Shown here in pieces: positions 25,080 through 32,000 of a stretch of 32,000 nucleotides of DNA (position 1 is its first letter; every line of letters starts with the position of its first letter). This DNA comes from Candidatus Saccharimonadota bacterium (GTDB lineage: Bacteria > Patescibacteriota > Saccharimonadia > Saccharimonadales > UBA4665), in NCBI GenBank assembly GCA_963716945.1, contig OY970322.1, forward strand, positions 840,001 to 872,000. The letters are read 5' to 3'. The translations under genes and the position numbers were made by a program. The notes beneath the pieces were generated by a model, which saw only the letters and a list, made by a program, of their open reading frames with translations, did not search any database and was not told the origin of the DNA.

Positions 25080-26258
25080 GTGAAAATTAAGCATATTCAT
25101 CCTTTCCCTGCCCGTATGGCTCCCGAGATAGCTCTTGATGAATGCAACAAACTACAGAAGGGATCAACCATTCTCGATCCAATGTGTGGATCTGGAACAA
25201 CCCTACGAATGGCGATTAAGTCAAGCATGAACGCCATAGGAAGTGATTTAGATCCTCTTGCAGTGCTAATAGCAACCGTAGGCACAACTTATCTGGATGA
25301 GGATACAGTAGTTAAAGTCGCTCAAGATGTGGTCTCTAAAGCCCGGCTGCTTTCGTTAAAAGAGACTCGTCTGCCATGGATAGACACCGATCAAGAGACG
25401 AAAGCTTTTATAGACTTCTGGTTTGCAAAAAAACAGATTAACGATCTACGTAAGATTGTCACTATTATATTTAGAGATTATGAATCAGAAACTCAGTCTT
25501 TTCTCAAGATTGTAGTAAGTCGCCTAATAATCACAAAAGATATGTCCGCGTCGCTAGCTAGAGACACATCTCATAGCAGGCCGCACCGAATCTCTTTAAC
25601 CAATGACTATGACGTTTTTGCCAATTATATAAAATATGCTAAGCAAGTAGCACAACGGCTGCCTAAAGAACCTACGTCCTTAGTGAAAGTAAGTCGTAGT
25701 GATGCTAGGCAACTAAATGACATCGCTGATAATTCAATTGATGCTGTCATTACATCTCCACCATACTTGAACGCCATAGACTACATGCGAGGTAATAAGC
25801 TCTCTCTAGTATGGCTTGGCTATAAAGTCAGTGACTTACGTTATGTTAGAGGCATTAGTATTGGCGCAGAAAAGAGACTACAGGAATCTATAGATCAAGG
25901 ACTTCTATCACGATTAACAAAGGACATGCATTTTTATAAAGACCTAGGAAGCCCTCATAAAGGTATGTTCGAGCGATATATGATTGATATGCTCGCATTA
26001 ATGAAAGAGGTCAGGAGAGTGCTAAAGCCAGGTAGTAAGGCAACATTAGTTGTAGGTAATTCATGCTTGCGAGGAACTTTCATTAAAAATACTACGGCAG
26101 TTATCTCAGCTGCAGAAATACTAGGTTTTAAATTCTTAGATGAAGTTGCTCATGAGCTACCTCAAAATATGCGATATCTTCCAACTCCGGCAAGTAGCCA
26201 AAAAACACCTCTATCAAAACGAATACGTACTGAGTCAATCCTTTATTTTAGCAAATAA
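25080..26258 (+). CDS. DNA amino-methyltransferase (N4-cytosine or N6-adenine), SPPY motif
   Basis: 392 aa with SAM motif I ILDPMCGSGTT (aa 31-41) and catalytic motif IV DAVITSPPY (aa 221-229), separated by about 185 aa (alpha-like order). A VLKPGSKATLVVGNS motif follows motif IV. The only in-frame start is GTG 25080, directly preceded by a stop. Confidence 0.85.
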   Translation: MKIKHIHPFPARMAPEIALDECNKLQKGSTILDPMCGSGTTLRMAIKSSMNAIGSDLDPLAVLIATVGTTYLDEDTVVKVAQDVVSKARLLSLKETRLPWIDTDQETKAFIDFWFAKKQINDLRKIVTIIFRDYESETQSFLKIVVSRLIITKDMSASLARDTSHSRPHRISLTNDYDVFANYIKYAKQVAQRLPKEPTSLVKVSRSDARQLNDIADNSIDAVITSPPYLNAIDYMRGNKLSLVWLGYKVSDLRYVRGISIGAEKRLQESIDQGLLSRLTKDMHFYKDLGSPHKGMFERYMIDMLALMKEVRRVLKPGSKATLVVGNSCLRGTFIKNTTAVISAAEILGFKFLDEVAHELPQNMRYLPTPASSQKTPLSKRIRTESILYFSK

Positions 26259-28123
26259 CCTATGTCGCATACGCTATCTAAATAATGCTGTGTCTCCGCA
26301 TCTACCGAATGCACATAACAGCCTTTTTGGCCGCGGGTCATGAGAGTTCGATAGGTGTTCTTTATAATCTGGTCGGCGAGTGCTTCGGCTGCTGCTGGAT
26401 CTTCTGCATGCATCTTCTTATAGCCATGGACCGACTTGTCAGAGCCAGCGCGTTTGGTGGCGTCAGTGATAATTCTGCCGTTGCGGACTATTAAGTCTGG
26501 ACCGATAATTACGCCCACATAGTCCATTTCAAGACCTTGGCAGGTGTGGATGCAGCCGATTTCGTTGACTGCATCAGGCTTCAAAATCCATAAATTACCA
26601 TCGCTAGCTAAGTTCCAGCGCATGGCAAAATCATACTCGTCTATGATAACGTCTTTAACCTGGCCTGTTCGATCATTCTTGCTCTGCCATTTCCAGCAAT
26701 AGCCGGCAACAAGTCGTGCCTTATTTGCTATCTTATTCTTTTCAAAAATTAGATCGCGCAGCTCATTGGGATTATTTATAACCTTAAAATCGTAATCGAT
26801 TCCGGCCATGGTTTCGTTTGCCGTTTCGTGAATCTGGAGAGTGTTATCTAGCCAAGCTAAATAGCCGTCCGAGCCATTGCAGCGAAACTGGGATTCAAGA
26901 ATTAGCTCTTGGGTCTTTGCTCCAATCTGGAAGGCCCACATTTTTATTTCCTCGCTCTCACCGATGTCTTTCAGCGTTACTTTCTGGTCTTCGTCTAGGA
27001 AGAAAATACTAAACTTGGATGATTCTATGATTTCTTTAATCTGATTTTCGCCTTTGTTTTGATACATGCCTGACTTGGCGTTCAGGCGGTGCGCTTCATC
27101 GACTATAAGAGCATCAAATAAGTTGGGCTTCGTTTCTGTGAACGAGCCTGACCCGCTAAACAAATTGCTTATATGGCTCTTGCGGAAACTTTTTGTTAAC
27201 TTGCTTTCGTAAACATCGCGCGGCGCGGCATTTCTAGTGACATACTTCGTTAGCAACTGCTTTTTTGTAAGCTCGACCAGAAGATTTATTGCTACTACGG
27301 ACTTACCCGTGCCGGGCCCACCTTGTACGATCAAGACGTTTTTATTATTGACAGTTGATTGCTCCGCTAGCTTAAGAGCAGTTTCATAAACCACTTTTTG
27401 GTCATCTATCATAAGAAATTCTTGATTGCCTTGCAGCATTGAGTCGAGCTTGTCGGCCAGATTCTTGGATGGCTTAATCTTGCCATGGTCAATGCGATAC
27501 ATGACCTGATCCTTATCGCCGTACTTAACATTGGCTTTTATAAACTCTCGGAGCTTCAAGGCATCCGGCTTAAGAAATACCGGCGCCTTATCCGTATAGT
27601 CCTTATAAAACTCATTGGTGATAACGTCATCCTGTTCATAGTTGTGTAGATAGGCACATGGGTGTAGTTGAATATGTTCTTCGTGTACTGTTTGATTAAA
27701 GTCTTCAAGCAAGCAGGCGTAAGTCCACGCTTGGTAAGAAGGATGGGAGACTTCCCTTTCGGCTCGGCCGACATAGCTGACAACAATGCCATCCTTATCA
27801 CTTAAGGTCGCTTCGCTCCATTGTTTTAATTCAATCAGAATGGCAGCATCTTGACGCTTGGCGTTCTTGCCGGCAATTATGAAGTCGATCCTCTTTGACG
27901 ATTGCGGAATGTGATATTCGATCGCTATTTCGGTGTTTTGTGATATTTCATCATCTTCCAAAACTCTGTACATGTACTGCATGGAGTTTTCCCAAGATCT
28001 TATTTCACTCATGCTCGTTTTGTGACCGGTGGCTTTTTTAAAGGCTCTATGGACTATGTCACCGATGTCATTAGACATTACGTCCTTCATGAAGTCCTCT
28101 TTTGTAGAGGTGTATACAATCAC
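26243..28123 (-). CDS. DUF2075-type protein: N-terminal PD-(D/E)XK nuclease-like domain plus SF1-like P-loop ATPase (Schlafen-helicase-like)
   Basis: 626 aa. Nuclease-like residues are E69, D80 (RIDFII) and E98-L-K100 (ILIELKQW). It has Walker A GGPGTGKS (268-275) and Walker B IVDEAHRL (340-347). Family-typical motifs are ESQFRCNGSDGYLAWL and HTCQGLEMDYVGVIIG. The GTG start overlaps the MazG-like stop. Confidence 0.85.
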   Translation of the reverse strand: MIVYTSTKEDFMKDVMSNDIGDIVHRAFKKATGHKTSMSEIRSWENSMQYMYRVLEDDEISQNTEIAIEYHIPQSSKRIDFIIAGKNAKRQDAAILIELKQWSEATLSDKDGIVVSYVGRAEREVSHPSYQAWTYACLLEDFNQTVHEEHIQLHPCAYLHNYEQDDVITNEFYKDYTDKAPVFLKPDALKLREFIKANVKYGDKDQVMYRIDHGKIKPSKNLADKLDSMLQGNQEFLMIDDQKVVYETALKLAEQSTVNNKNVLIVQGGPGTGKSVVAINLLVELTKKQLLTKYVTRNAAPRDVYESKLTKSFRKSHISNLFSGSGSFTETKPNLFDALIVDEAHRLNAKSGMYQNKGENQIKEIIESSKFSIFFLDEDQKVTLKDIGESEEIKMWAFQIGAKTQELILESQFRCNGSDGYLAWLDNTLQIHETANETMAGIDYDFKVINNPNELRDLIFEKNKIANKARLVAGYCWKWQSKNDRTGQVKDVIIDEYDFAMRWNLASDGNLWILKPDAVNEIGCIHTCQGLEMDYVGVIIGPDLIVRNGRIITDATKRAGSDKSVHGYKKMHAEDPAAAEALADQIIKNTYRTLMTRGQKGCYVHSVDAETQHYLDSVCDIGYLLK

Positions 28124-28473
28124 TTGTCTAGGTCCGTATATTTCTTGTGATTGCCTTTGGCTTTTTTGACTGGGTATTTTGCTGCGTTTTTCTCCATTTT
28201 TTTCTTAAGAGCGGTCGGCAAATCGATTTTTAAATCATTAGCCAGCAGCAACACCCAGTAAAGAACGTCGGCTAATTCATCGCTTACGTCATCAATGTGC
28301 TCGCTTAGATGTTGCTGTATTTCCTGTTTGTCTTTCCATTGAAAATGTTCAAGCAGTTCGCCAGCCTCTAGTACGAGTGAAATAGCTACATCTTTTGGGT
28401 TATGGAATTGTTGCCAATCGCGAGCATCACGAAACTCAATAATTTTTTGCTGCAACTCCCTCAAATCGCTCAT
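28120..28473 (-). CDS. MazG-like all-alpha nucleoside triphosphate pyrophosphohydrolase
   Basis: 117 aa with FRDARDW..FH.PKD...L.LEAGELLEHFQW (the EExxE-type metal site) and SDELADVLYWVLLLAN (the ExxD site). It is first in a two-gene operon. An extended -10 TGTTAATAT (28491-28483) lies 9 nt upstream of the ATG. Confidence 0.85.
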   Translation of the reverse strand: MSDLRELQQKIIEFRDARDWQQFHNPKDVAISLVLEAGELLEHFQWKDKQEIQQHLSEHIDDVSDELADVLYWVLLLANDLKIDLPTALKKKMEKNAAKYPVKKAKGNHKKYTDLDK

Positions 28474-28517
28474 ATTAACTGAATATTAACACTTTTTAAT
28501 CTGTTTTGGAACGGTTG

Positions 28518-29549
28518 TTACTTAGCTTTAGACCGATATTCTTCTGTAATCGCATAATGCAGCCCGACGAGCAGAGCCAAGTTGACGAGGAACCCGGGGA
28601 TGGCGCCGAATTGGATGCGGGAGAAGACGAAGAATTGGGTTAGTAATAGGTTGATTAGGACGGCGCGGCGGAAGAGTTCGAAGGCTTCGAGGCGGGAGCT
28701 TAGGATTCTCAGGGCGCCGGTGACGGCGAAGAAGCCGGCGACGGCCGACGTGATTAGCTGGCCGACGATTAGGCGGTTGGCGTAGGAGTCGTGGGCCTGG
28801 AAGATCGAGTGCAGGTCGTCGAAGTTGTTGAAGACGGTGGCCAGCGTGATGACCAGGAAGACGGCGGCCTGGGCAATGAACAGCGTGCCGACTACGCGGC
28901 TGGAGGCGCGGTTGTGCCAGAAGCGTTCGTAGCGTTTGTCGGCGGCGGTCAGGAAACGCTGGAAGCGGTTGGGTTCGGGCGGCGGGACGGTGTCGAGACG
29001 GGCCAGCAGTTTTTTCAGCTCCTGGGTGATCGGGCTATGCGGGTCGGATTTGGCTAACAGCTGGTCGATCTTGCGCTTGTCGGCGCTGTTGAGGTTCTTG
29101 AGCACGGCTTCTTCGAGTTGGGCCAGGGCGTTCAGTTCGTACTCGTGCTGCGTCAGACGGTTGGGCCGGCTGAGGAAGTTGAAGGTCAGGTAGAGGATGA
29201 TGAAAATGGCGTAAATCAGGCCGATCGTCGGGCGGAAGAAGTAGTTGTTATCCTTGGTCAGGAATTTGCCTAGCTCGTCGATGAACACGCCGAAGCCGGC
29301 ACCGCCCAGGAAGGCCGATATCCGCTGTACCCTGGCCCCTAGGAACGACAGGTTCAGCGTCAGGGCGACCAGCATCAATAAGCCGCCGTAAAGCATGTGG
29401 GCGATGTGGAGGTTGCCGCCGCCGACCTGCGGGTAGCCGGTGATACTCAGGAAGAAGCGCAGCAGCAGCACGGCGCTGATCGCCGAAACCAGGAAAATCT
29501 CCAGGTGGTCGCGGGCGCGGACATTGCGGTAGAAGAGCTTTTGTGACAT
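28518..29549 (-). CDS. Hypothetical polytopic membrane protein
   Basis: 343 aa with about 7-8 hydrophobic helices split by a roughly 90-aa helical cytoplasmic insert. Native GC, except for an AT-richer last ~15 codons next to the island. Confidence 0.7.
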   Translation of the reverse strand: MSQKLFYRNVRARDHLEIFLVSAISAVLLLRFFLSITGYPQVGGGNLHIAHMLYGGLLMLVALTLNLSFLGARVQRISAFLGGAGFGVFIDELGKFLTKDNNYFFRPTIGLIYAIFIILYLTFNFLSRPNRLTQHEYELNALAQLEEAVLKNLNSADKRKIDQLLAKSDPHSPITQELKKLLARLDTVPPPEPNRFQRFLTAADKRYERFWHNRASSRVVGTLFIAQAAVFLVITLATVFNNFDDLHSIFQAHDSYANRLIVGQLITSAVAGFFAVTGALRILSSRLEAFELFRRAVLINLLLTQFFVFSRIQFGAIPGFLVNLALLVGLHYAITEEYRSKAK

Positions 29550-29602
29550 CTGGCTATTAGTATAGCCGATGCGGGTCTAAGTTCAGCGGGCGGTCAAAAG
29601 AT

Positions 29603-30190
29603 CTAGCCCCAGGGCGTAACCGGAACCGCGGTCGCGGGGTTGTCACCGCTGCTAGGCGCAAGATAATCGACGGCTACTTCCATGGCGCCGAGGAAAAGCG
29701 TGTCAATCGCGTGGGCGACTTCTTCTTCGTTAGCCCGCCTGGTCGTGTCGGCGTCGACGGCGCGGCCGAGCGTCAGCAGCGAACGGACGTTTTCGCGGAC
29801 ATGGGTCTGGAGTTCGCCGCTGTCCGGGTCTTCATCGGCGTATACCGTCTTGCTAACGGTATAGATACCGGGGGCCAGGCCTCGTCTTAATAAGAACTTG
29901 CGTTCCCTGGTTATGGCATGGGCGGCGGCCATCCCCAGCGGGGCTTCGTCCGCCGGACCCATCCAGCGGCGCTCTTCATCGGTCTGAAGCGTGACGACTA
30001 CGTCGCGCCCGCCTTGCTTGATGATGCGGCTAAAACCGGCTGATTCCGGCCGGCCTTCGGGGCGCAGCGTTTCGATGAGATTCACGAAGTTGCTGGTGGC
30101 AATCGGCGACGCCAGCACCTTAATGCCGCGGCTGGACTTTAAGCCCGGTCGCTCCAGTGAACCTCCATAACTTTCCGCGTCGTAACTCAT
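29603..30190 (-). CDS. Hypothetical protein
   Basis: 195 aa with native GC. It is preceded by a canonical promoter. I recognise no motif. Confidence 0.6.
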   Translation of the reverse strand: MSYDAESYGGSLERPGLKSSRGIKVLASPIATSNFVNLIETLRPEGRPESAGFSRIIKQGGRDVVVTLQTDEERRWMGPADEAPLGMAAAHAITRERKFLLRRGLAPGIYTVSKTVYADEDPDSGELQTHVRENVRSLLTLGRAVDADTTRRANEEEVAHAIDTLFLGAMEVAVDYLAPSSGDNPATAVPVTPWG

Positions 30191-30199
30191 AATATCCTT

Positions 30200-30228
30200 A
30201 TTCTATTACATTACTTTGGATTTGTCAA
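30200..30228 (-). promoter_or_regulatory. Sigma70-like promoter TTGACA-17 nt-TAGAAT, 9 nt upstream of ATG 30190
   Basis: Minus-strand reading: TTGACA (30228-30223), a 17-nt spacer, TAGAAT (30205-30200), aaggatatt, then ATG. Confidence 0.55.
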
Positions 30229-30264
30229 GTATTAGCTCGTCAGCTGACAGGGGTAAGGTGAGAT

Positions 30265-32000
30265 TCAGCGCTTGCGCTTCTTGGGGTCGAGTTCACGCTT
30301 GCGCAGACGCAGGCTCTTCGGCGTTACCTCTAATAATTCGTCGTTTTCGATGAAGTCGAGGCATTGTTCGAGGCTGAGTATAGTCGGCGGTGTCAGTTGG
30401 ACCGTGCCGTCGGAGGACGAACTGCGCATGTTGGTCAGGTGCTTGGCCTTGCAAACGTTGATTTCCATGTCTTCCTGGCGGGTGTTGAGGCCGATAATCT
30501 GGCCGGCGTAAATCTTCTCGGCCGGACCGATGAAGATCGTACCGCGGGCCTCGGCCGTTTCCAGGGCGTAAGGCGTGGTGGTGCCGGTCTCGAACCCGAT
30601 CAGCACGCCGTTGCGCAGCTGCTGCAGGGCGGCGGTTTGCGGCTGCGAACCGATAACCAGGCTGTTCATGACGATCGTGCCCTTGGTGTTGGTCAGCAGG
30701 ATGTTGCGCATACCGAGCAGGGCGCGGGTCGGCATCTCGTAGATCAGCTTGGTCACGCCTTTGGAGGCCGAAGTGAATTGTTCCTTGAGGGTCGCCCGGC
30801 GCTGGCCGAGTTCCATCTGGACGGTACCGACGTGTTCGGCCGGGACTTCGATGATAACTTCTTCGACCGGCTCCATGGTTTGGCCGTTTTCTTCGTGGGT
30901 AACGACCTGCGGCCGGCCGACTTCGAACTCGTAGCCTTCGCGGCGCATGGTTTCGATCAGGACGCCGAGGTGCAGTTCGCCGCGGCCGGCGACCGTGAAG
31001 CCGATGCCGTCTTCTTCGACCTGGAGGCCGACGTTGGTTTCCAGTTCTTTGTCGAGGCGGCCGGCGATCTGGCGCGAGGTATTGAATTCGCCTTCCTGTC
31101 CCTTGAACGGGCTGGTGTTGGGGCCGAGGTAGATCCTCAGCGTCGGCGCTTCGACTTCGATAACCGGCAGGGCTTCCGGCTGTTCGGCGTCGGCGACGGT
31201 TTCGCCGATCTGGGCGTCGGCGATGCCGGTCAGCTGGACGATGTCGCCGGCCACGCCTTCCGGCACTTCGAACTTCGACACGCCGTGGCTCATGAAGACG
31301 TTGTCGACTTTGGCTTTGGTTTGGGTCCCGTCTTTTTTGCACAGCACGACCTGGTCGCCGGGTTTGACCCGGCCGCGGGTGATGCGGCCGATGGCGTATT
31401 TGCCCTTGAAAGTATCGCTGGCCAGGGCCGTTACCAGCATCTGGAAAGGCTTGTCGAGCTCGACGCTCGGTGCCGGGACGTGTTCGATAATGGCTTGGAA
31501 AATGGCTTCCAGGTCGCCCTTGGCTTCCGCGTCCTGCGGCGGCTCGCTCCAGGCTTTGCCGGCCCGGCCGATGGCGTAATAAACCGGGTAGTGCAGCTGG
31601 TCCTCGTGGACGGCCAGCTCCAGGAACAAGTCGGCCAGCTCGTCTTCGACTTCTTTGATGCGGGCGGCGTCCTTGTCGATTTTGTTAATGATAACTATCG
31701 GCTTGAGCTCGCTCTCCAGCGCCTTCTCAAGCACGAACTTGGTCTGCGGCATCGGACCTTCCTGGGCGTCGACAATCAGGATGCAGCCGTCGGCCATGTT
31801 GAGCGTCCGCTCGACCTCGCCGGAGAAATCGGCGTGGCCCGGCGTGTCGATAATGTTGATGCGGTAGTCATCGTGCTGGACGGCCGTGACTTTGGCGGTA
31901 ATCGTAATCCCCCGCTCCTTCTCCTGGTCGCCGCTGTCCATAATCAGCTCCTGGTTCATTTCGGCCTGATTGTCGCGGAAAGTCTGCGACTGCTTGAGCA
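30265..32000 (-). CDS. typA: Translational GTPase TypA/BipA (N-terminus lies beyond the right edge)
   Basis: G-domain motifs ERGITI, DTPGHADF and NKIDK, followed by EF-G-like domains and a basic C-terminus. The frame stays open upstream of the track's Met to the window edge (…LKQSQTFRDNQAEMNQELIMDS…), as in BipA homologues. Confidence 0.95.
   Translation of the reverse strand, partial: LKQSQTFRDNQAEMNQELIMDSGDQEKERGITITAKVTAVQHDDYRINIIDTPGHADFSGEVERTLNMADGCILIVDAQEGPMPQTKFVLEKALESELKPIVIINKIDKDAARIKEVEDELADLFLELAVHEDQLHYPVYYAIGRAGKAWSEPPQDAEAKGDLEAIFQAIIEHVPAPSVELDKPFQMLVTALASDTFKGKYAIGRITRGRVKPGDQVVLCKKDGTQTKAKVDNVFMSHGVSKFEVPEGVAGDIVQLTGIADAQIGETVADAEQPEALPVIEVEAPTLRIYLGPNTSPFKGQEGEFNTSRQIAGRLDKELETNVGLQVEEDGIGFTVAGRGELHLGVLIETMRREGYEFEVGRPQVVTHEENGQTMEPVEEVIIEVPAEHVGTVQMELGQRRATLKEQFTSASKGVTKLIYEMPTRALLGMRNILLTNTKGTIVMNSLVIGSQPQTAALQQLRNGVLIGFETGTTTPYALETAEARGTIFIGPAEKIYAGQIIGLNTRQEDMEINVCKAKHLTNMRSSSSDGTVQLTPPTILSLEQCLDFIENDELLEVTPKSLRLRKRELDPKKRKR

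Larger units (their letters stand above)
22594..28517. other. Low-GC five-gene genomic island (candidate defence island)
   Basis: The composition shifts abruptly: a hand count gave 18/60 G+C for line 23101-23160 versus 42/60 for line 13741-13800. All five ORFs use AT-rich codons. I recognised no integrase, transposase or tRNA. Confidence 0.8.

Noticed and set aside
23191-27801. Short ORFs inside the island on the opposite strand or frame: 23191..23373, 23505..23762, 23759..23965, 24177..24386, 25097..25285, 26285..26494, 26818..27012, 27556..27801.
   Set aside because: All are embedded in the long Z1, methyltransferase or DUF2075 reading frames, which carry clear motifs. None has independent start signals or a recognisable domain.
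28120-28473. Reading the MazG-like gene as part of a MazEF-type toxin-antitoxin pair.
   Set aside because: MazG is an NTP pyrophosphohydrolase, not the MazF toxin or the MazE antitoxin. No MazE/MazF-like small ORFs are present. The partner gene is a 626-aa nuclease-ATPase.
22594-28517. Calling the island a mobile element, prophage or integrative element.
   Set aside because: I found no integrase, recombinase, transposase, phage structural gene or adjacent tRNA. Comparing 22581-22660 with 28461-28560 by eye shared only about 6-mers (for example CTTTAG), so there are no convincing flanking direct repeats. It is reported as a compositional island only.
1-32000. CRISPR arrays, rRNA and tRNA genes.
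   Set aside because: There are no regularly spaced repeats anywhere. The non-coding gaps long enough for a tRNA are 1404-1754, 2784-3018, 8411-8485, 14047-14125, 17231-17353 and 21442-21735. I inspected them by eye and they lack T-loop (GTTCRANYC-like) and acceptor-stem pairing patterns. This was not an exhaustive covariance search.

Overview
This is a dense, high-GC bacterial chromosomal segment; one hand-counted 60-nt line in the flanks gave about 70% G+C. Gene content and compactness loosely suggest a reduced-genome lineage such as Patescibacteria/Saccharibacteria, but that is a low-confidence guess.

The native backbone carries housekeeping genes, mostly on the minus strand:
- a cfa-like fragment, trxB and an NrdH/glutaredoxin-like gene
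- an FKBP PPIase, a CBS-less IMPDH and pheS-pheT
- yajQ, and a GH63-like hydrolase with an MFS transporter
- rmuC and an L,D-transpeptidase
- a znuABC-like transporter with a divergent zur
- an alpha/beta hydrolase with a DUF475/TerC-like membrane protein, and a CNNM (DUF21-CBS) protein
- several hypothetical proteins and a partial typA/bipA

Two sharply AT-rich insertions interrupt this backbone.

(1) The main candidate for an undescribed system is a ~5.9 kb island at ~22594-28517; one hand-counted line gave about 30% G+C. It holds five gap-free genes in two modules:
- A Z1-domain P-loop/DEAD-like ATPase is followed 3 nt later by a 149-aa unknown protein. This pair is divergent from an SPPY-motif DNA amino-methyltransferase.
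- Convergent with the methyltransferase, and overlapping its 3' end by 16 bp, is a MazG-like NTP pyrophosphohydrolase. It is translationally coupled (GTGA overlap) to a DUF2075-type PD-(D/E)XK nuclease plus SF1-like P-loop ATPase.
- I found no integrase, transposase, tRNA or flanking direct repeats.

(2) A ~1.6 kb AT-rich islet at ~1440-3010 carries two coupled small membrane-protein ORFs, a possible Cys4 mini-ORF and a structured AT-rich leader.

A recurring regulatory pattern is also visible. TTGACA-17/18-TAnAAT or extended -10 (TGnTAnAAT) promoters sit only 5-10 nt from start codons, which implies leaderless or near-leaderless mRNAs. I saw no CRISPR array, rRNA or tRNA.
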